DNA of 38,144 bases, taken from assembly GCA_946411215.1 (NCBI GenBank), contig CAMKDH010000001.1:1-38144 (forward strand), written 5' to 3'. Shown here in pieces: positions 35,037 through 38,144 of the stretch. Source of the DNA: an uncultured Treponema sp. Its GTDB lineage: Bacteria > Spirochaetota > Spirochaetia > Treponematales > Treponemataceae. A program made the translations under genes and the position numbers. The first letter of the stretch is position 1, and each line of letters begins with the position of its first letter. The notes below the pieces were generated by a model that saw only the letters and a program-made list of their open reading frames with translations, searched no databases and was not told the origin of the DNA.

Positions 35037-35816
35037 ACGTTCCCCTTTATAAATCTTGGTTTTATAAAGATTCCTCTTTACGGTCTTATGATTGTAACTG
35101 GTATTCTGAGCGGAGGCGCAATCTGTAAGAAGTTATGCTCTCTTCAGAATATCAATTTTTATGATTTTATAATTATTTCTGCAGTTGCAGGCAGCCTTGG
35201 CTTTGCGGGTGCAAAACTTTTTTTCCTTTTTGATTATTACGGAGCCTCAAACTTTTTTAAGGTCCTGGACCAGATGCTTTTTCATCCAAAAACTTCGGGG
35301 CTGATTTCCGGAGGTTTTGTTTTTTATGGCGGCCTGCTTGGTGGTTTTGCCGGATATTTTATTGGAGTAAAAATTGCCCGTACAGGACTGACTACTTTTT
35401 TAAATACCTTTGCTTTTGCAATTCCATATGTTCATGCATTTGGGCGCATAGGATGTTTTTGTGCCGGCTGCTGTTATGGTATAGAGCATCATGGAGGATT
35501 TTCTATTGCGGGGCGCTTTCCGGTTCAGCTGGTCGAGGCCTTTCTGCTTTTTGCATTTGCTTTTTTTGCATTTTTTACCATTCGAAAAAAAAATCATCTG
35601 TTTTTCTTATATATTCTTTATTATTCTTTCATCCGCTTTTTTCTGGAGTTCCTTCGAGGCGATGAAGCCAGAGGAAGAGTTTCTTTTTCAAATGGACTTT
35701 CCTTTTCAACTTCACAAATCCTTAGTCTGATTTTATTTACTGCAGATCTGATTCTCATCATTATTCTTTTGATTAAAAAAGCTAAAAACGATAAAGTAGG
35801 AGTTAAGGATATTTAA
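35037..35816 (+). CDS. lgt: Prolipoprotein diacylglyceryl transferase (Lgt)-family protein
   Basis: GAKLF, GGFVFYGG, GRIGCFCAGCCYG, PVQLVEA and RFFLEFLRGD motifs. First ATG is 35088, but Lgt-like sequence extends in frame to ACG 35037. Confidence 0.8.
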   Translation, partial: TFPFINLGFIKIPLYGLMIVTGILSGGAICKKLCSLQNINFYDFIIISAVAGSLGFAGAKLFFLFDYYGASNFFKVLDQMLFHPKTSGLISGGFVFYGGLLGGFAGYFIGVKIARTGLTTFLNTFAFAIPYVHAFGRIGCFCAGCCYGIEHHGGFSIAGRFPVQLVEAFLLFAFAFFAFFTIRKKNHLFFLYILYYSFIRFFLEFLRGDEARGRVSFSNGLSFSTSQILSLILFTADLILIIILLIKKAKNDKVGVKDI

Positions 35817-35817
35817 A

Positions 35818-36309
35818 ATGATTAACACGACGCTATGTTATATAGAAAAAAACAATTCATATCTTATGCTGCATCGTACAAAAAAAGAAAAGGATGTTAA
35901 CAAAGATAAATGGATTGGAATTGGTGGAAAGTTTGAAGAAGGAGAAAGTCCTTTTGACTGTATAAAGCGGGAGGTAAAGGAGGAAACCGGTTTTATCTTG
36001 AATAAGGTAGAATACCGGGGTCTTGTTACTTTTGTTTCCCGTACAAGCGATGGGGCCGAACCTTACTACGAGCTCATGCATGTTTTCTGGTCTGATGATT
36101 TTTCGATGCCCGGTGATCCTAATTCTAATGTGTTGCCCGAATGTGATGAAGGTGAGCTTGAATGGGTTCCAAAAGAAAAAATGAATGATCTTCCTCATTG
36201 GGAAAGCGATGAACTTTTCCTAAAACTTATTGATAATCGTACACCGTTTTTTTCCATTAAAGTTGAATACCTTGATGGAAAAATGACAAAAGCTGTTCAG
36301 GAGCAATAA
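35818..36309 (+). CDS. NUDIX hydrolase (MutT/8-oxo-dGTPase-like)
   Basis: Nudix box GGKFEEGESPFDCIKREVKEETG; CDEGELEW. Confidence 0.92.
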   Translation: MINTTLCYIEKNNSYLMLHRTKKEKDVNKDKWIGIGGKFEEGESPFDCIKREVKEETGFILNKVEYRGLVTFVSRTSDGAEPYYELMHVFWSDDFSMPGDPNSNVLPECDEGELEWVPKEKMNDLPHWESDELFLKLIDNRTPFFSIKVEYLDGKMTKAVQEQ

Positions 36310-36310
36310 A

Positions 36311-37561
36311 ATGAAAACAAAAGTACAAGAACTTTCATATGAGCAGGTGCTTGCGCTCAAACCCGAAAAACTTCAGAAGCCTGTAAAGCCCGGATTATTC
36401 TGGCGATGGCTTATGCGTGTGCTTGGTAAAGGTGAGTTAAAGGCAACTAACTTCAAGGCAAATTATATTGGCATGGAAAAACTTGGAAAGCGTGAACCTT
36501 GTCTCATCCTTATGAATCATTCGTGCTTTACAGATTTGCTGATTGCAGAAACTGTTTTTGCACACCGCCCGATGAATATTGTTTGTACAAGCGACGGCTT
36601 TGTAGGAAAGAACTGGCTCATGCGTCATCTGGGCTGTATTCCAACAAATAAATTCGTAACTGATTTTGTCCTTGTACGCAATATGAAATATGCCTTTGAA
36701 AAACTTGGTACTTCTGTCCTTATGTACCCCGAAGCAAGCTACACCTTTGACGGTACGGCAACACCGCTTCCGGAAACTCTTGGAAAATGCCTTAAGCTTT
36801 TTAAGGTACCTGTTGTAATGGTTCGCACTTACGGAGCTTTTGCACGAGATCCTCTTTATAATAATCTTCAAAAACGAAAGGTTGATATAAGCGCAGATAT
36901 AAAATATCTTTTGTCGCCTCAAGATATCCAGCAAAAGCCGGTTGAAGAATTGAACGATATTCTTAAACGCGAGTTTACCTTTGATAACTGGGAATGGCAA
37001 AAGCAGAACAATGTACGCATAACAGAACCGTTTCGCGCAGATTATCTGAACAGAGTTTTGTATAAATGTTCAAATTGTGGTGCAGAAGGAAAAATGCTTG
37101 GAAAAGGCATTCATCTTACATGCGGTGCCTGCAATACAGAATGGACGCTCCAGGAAGACGGCACACTGGAGCCTGCAAAACCTTTTTCTTCTGTACCTGC
37201 CTGGTTCCGTTGGGAACGCGAACAGGTACGAAGCGAACTTGAGGCAGGCACATACAAGCTTGAAACACCTGTAGAAATCTACATGCTTGTAAATACAAAA
37301 GCAATTTATCATGTAGGCGAAGGCACACTCAAACACGACATCAACGGATTTGTGCTCGACGGCTGCAACGGTAAACTTCATTATGAACAGTCTCCGAAAG
37401 CAAGCTACAGCCTTTATTCTGATTATTACTGGTACGAAATTGGCGATATGATTTGTATTGGCGACATGAAGACCCTGTACTACTGCTTTCCAAAACAGGC
37501 AGGCGATATTGTAGCAAAAGCAAGAATTGCAACCGAGGAATTGTATAAACTACAAAAATAA
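36311..37561 (+). CDS. Lysophospholipid/glycerol acyltransferase (PlsC-like) with C-terminal extension
   Basis: NHSCFTD (HX4D) and YPEAS motifs; CSNC..CGAC putative Zn ribbon. Confidence 0.82.
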   Translation: MKTKVQELSYEQVLALKPEKLQKPVKPGLFWRWLMRVLGKGELKATNFKANYIGMEKLGKREPCLILMNHSCFTDLLIAETVFAHRPMNIVCTSDGFVGKNWLMRHLGCIPTNKFVTDFVLVRNMKYAFEKLGTSVLMYPEASYTFDGTATPLPETLGKCLKLFKVPVVMVRTYGAFARDPLYNNLQKRKVDISADIKYLLSPQDIQQKPVEELNDILKREFTFDNWEWQKQNNVRITEPFRADYLNRVLYKCSNCGAEGKMLGKGIHLTCGACNTEWTLQEDGTLEPAKPFSSVPAWFRWEREQVRSELEAGTYKLETPVEIYMLVNTKAIYHVGEGTLKHDINGFVLDGCNGKLHYEQSPKASYSLYSDYYWYEIGDMICIGDMKTLYYCFPKQAGDIVAKARIATEELYKLQK

Positions 37562-37569
37562 TATAGAAT
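37541..37569 (+). promoter_or_regulatory. Sigma70-type promoter for tRNA-Ala
   Basis: TTGTAT-17 nt-TAGAAT ending 13 nt before the tRNA. Confidence 0.6.
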
Positions 37570-37582
37570 GTGACTATCTTCT

Positions 37583-37656
37583 GGGGAATTAGCTCAGTTG
37601 GCTAGAGCATCGGCTTTGCAAGCCGAGGGTCAGGGGTTCGAGCCCCCTATTCTCCA
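37583..37656 (+). tRNA. tRNA-Ala(TGC)
   Basis: Acceptor GGGGAAT/ATTCTCC with the G3:U70 Ala determinant; anticodon arm TCGGC-TTTGCAA-GCCGA; T arm GGTTCGAG; CCA not encoded after discriminator A. Confidence 0.97.
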
Positions 37657-37686
37657 TAATCTTAATTAAAATCAAGGAAAATTATT

Positions 37687-38144
37687 ATGGCAGACACAAT
37701 GCACGTTTTGGAAAAGAACCCAAATTGGAAGGGTCGTCGTGGTCCTGTCGTTCTTGTAATTATGGACGGCGTTGGATATGGTAAATTCGAAGATGGTGAC
37801 GCTGTAAAAGCAGCTCGCATGAAATATCTGGACTGGTTTACTGCAAACTGTCCTCATACAAAACTTAAGGCACACGGTACTGCTGTAGGTCTTCCAAGCG
37901 ATGATGATATGGGTAACTCTGAGGTTGGACACAATGCTATGGGTTGTGGCCGCGTATTTGCTCAGGGTGCAAAGCTTGTAGGTGAATCAATTGCAAACGG
38001 TTCTATGTTTGCTGCAGACACCTGGAAAAAGCTTGTAAAAAATGTAAACGACAAAAACGCAACACTTCATTTTATTGGTCTTGTTTCTGACGGAAACGTT
38101 CACTCACACATTGACCATCTTAAAGCAATGATTACACAGGCAAG
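37687..38144 (+). CDS. gpmI: 2,3-bisphosphoglycerate-independent phosphoglycerate mutase, N-terminal part (runs off the right edge)
   Basis: Manual translation MADTMHVLEKNPNWKGRRGPVVLVIMDGVG...AHGTAVGLPSDDDMGNSEVGHNAMGCGR...HFIGLVSDGNVHSH; SD AAGGA. Confidence 0.96.
   Translation, partial: MADTMHVLEKNPNWKGRRGPVVLVIMDGVGYGKFEDGDAVKAARMKYLDWFTANCPHTKLKAHGTAVGLPSDDDMGNSEVGHNAMGCGRVFAQGAKLVGESIANGSMFAADTWKKLVKNVNDKNATLHFIGLVSDGNVHSHIDHLKAMITQA

Noticed and set aside
37583-37686. tRNA-Ala as an integration site or part of an rRNA operon spacer
   Set aside because: No duplicate of its 3' end was seen in the window, no integrase, and no rRNA sequence; it is flanked by housekeeping genes.
37672-37932. 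86-aa minus-strand ORF
   Set aside because: Antisense shadow of gpmI.

Overview
AT-rich bacterial chromosomal window, most likely from a gut/rumen Treponema-type spirochaete (inferred from gene content and protein style, not from a database search). Housekeeping backbone: uvrC (partial), LamG/FN3 and TPR genes, Xaa-Pro peptidase, murJ, a membrane class III nucleotide cyclase, a large CoA-dehydratase-activase family gene, uxuA, a PflX-type radical SAM gene, tatD, an lgt-like gene, a NUDIX hydrolase, an acyltransferase, tRNA-Ala(TGC) and gpmI (partial). Main points of interest: (i) an accessory block at 25.2-30.7 kb with an apparent three-gene operon, in which an in-frame Phd-antitoxin/PIN fusion with an altered active site precedes a stand-alone papain-fold toxin domain and a small putative immunity gene, plus a mosaic lipoprotein and a DUF3990-like/HTH pair with a perfect operator; (ii) a TPR + short beta-barrel + ExbB/ExbD/TonB-like envelope cluster; (iii) seven genes with -35/-10 boxes ending exactly 6 nt before the start codon (apparently leaderless), two of them sharing a mirror-symmetric bidirectional promoter; (iv) two families of short REP-like elements, one lying in frame inside three unrelated genes. 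All family assignments come from motif recognition by eye.
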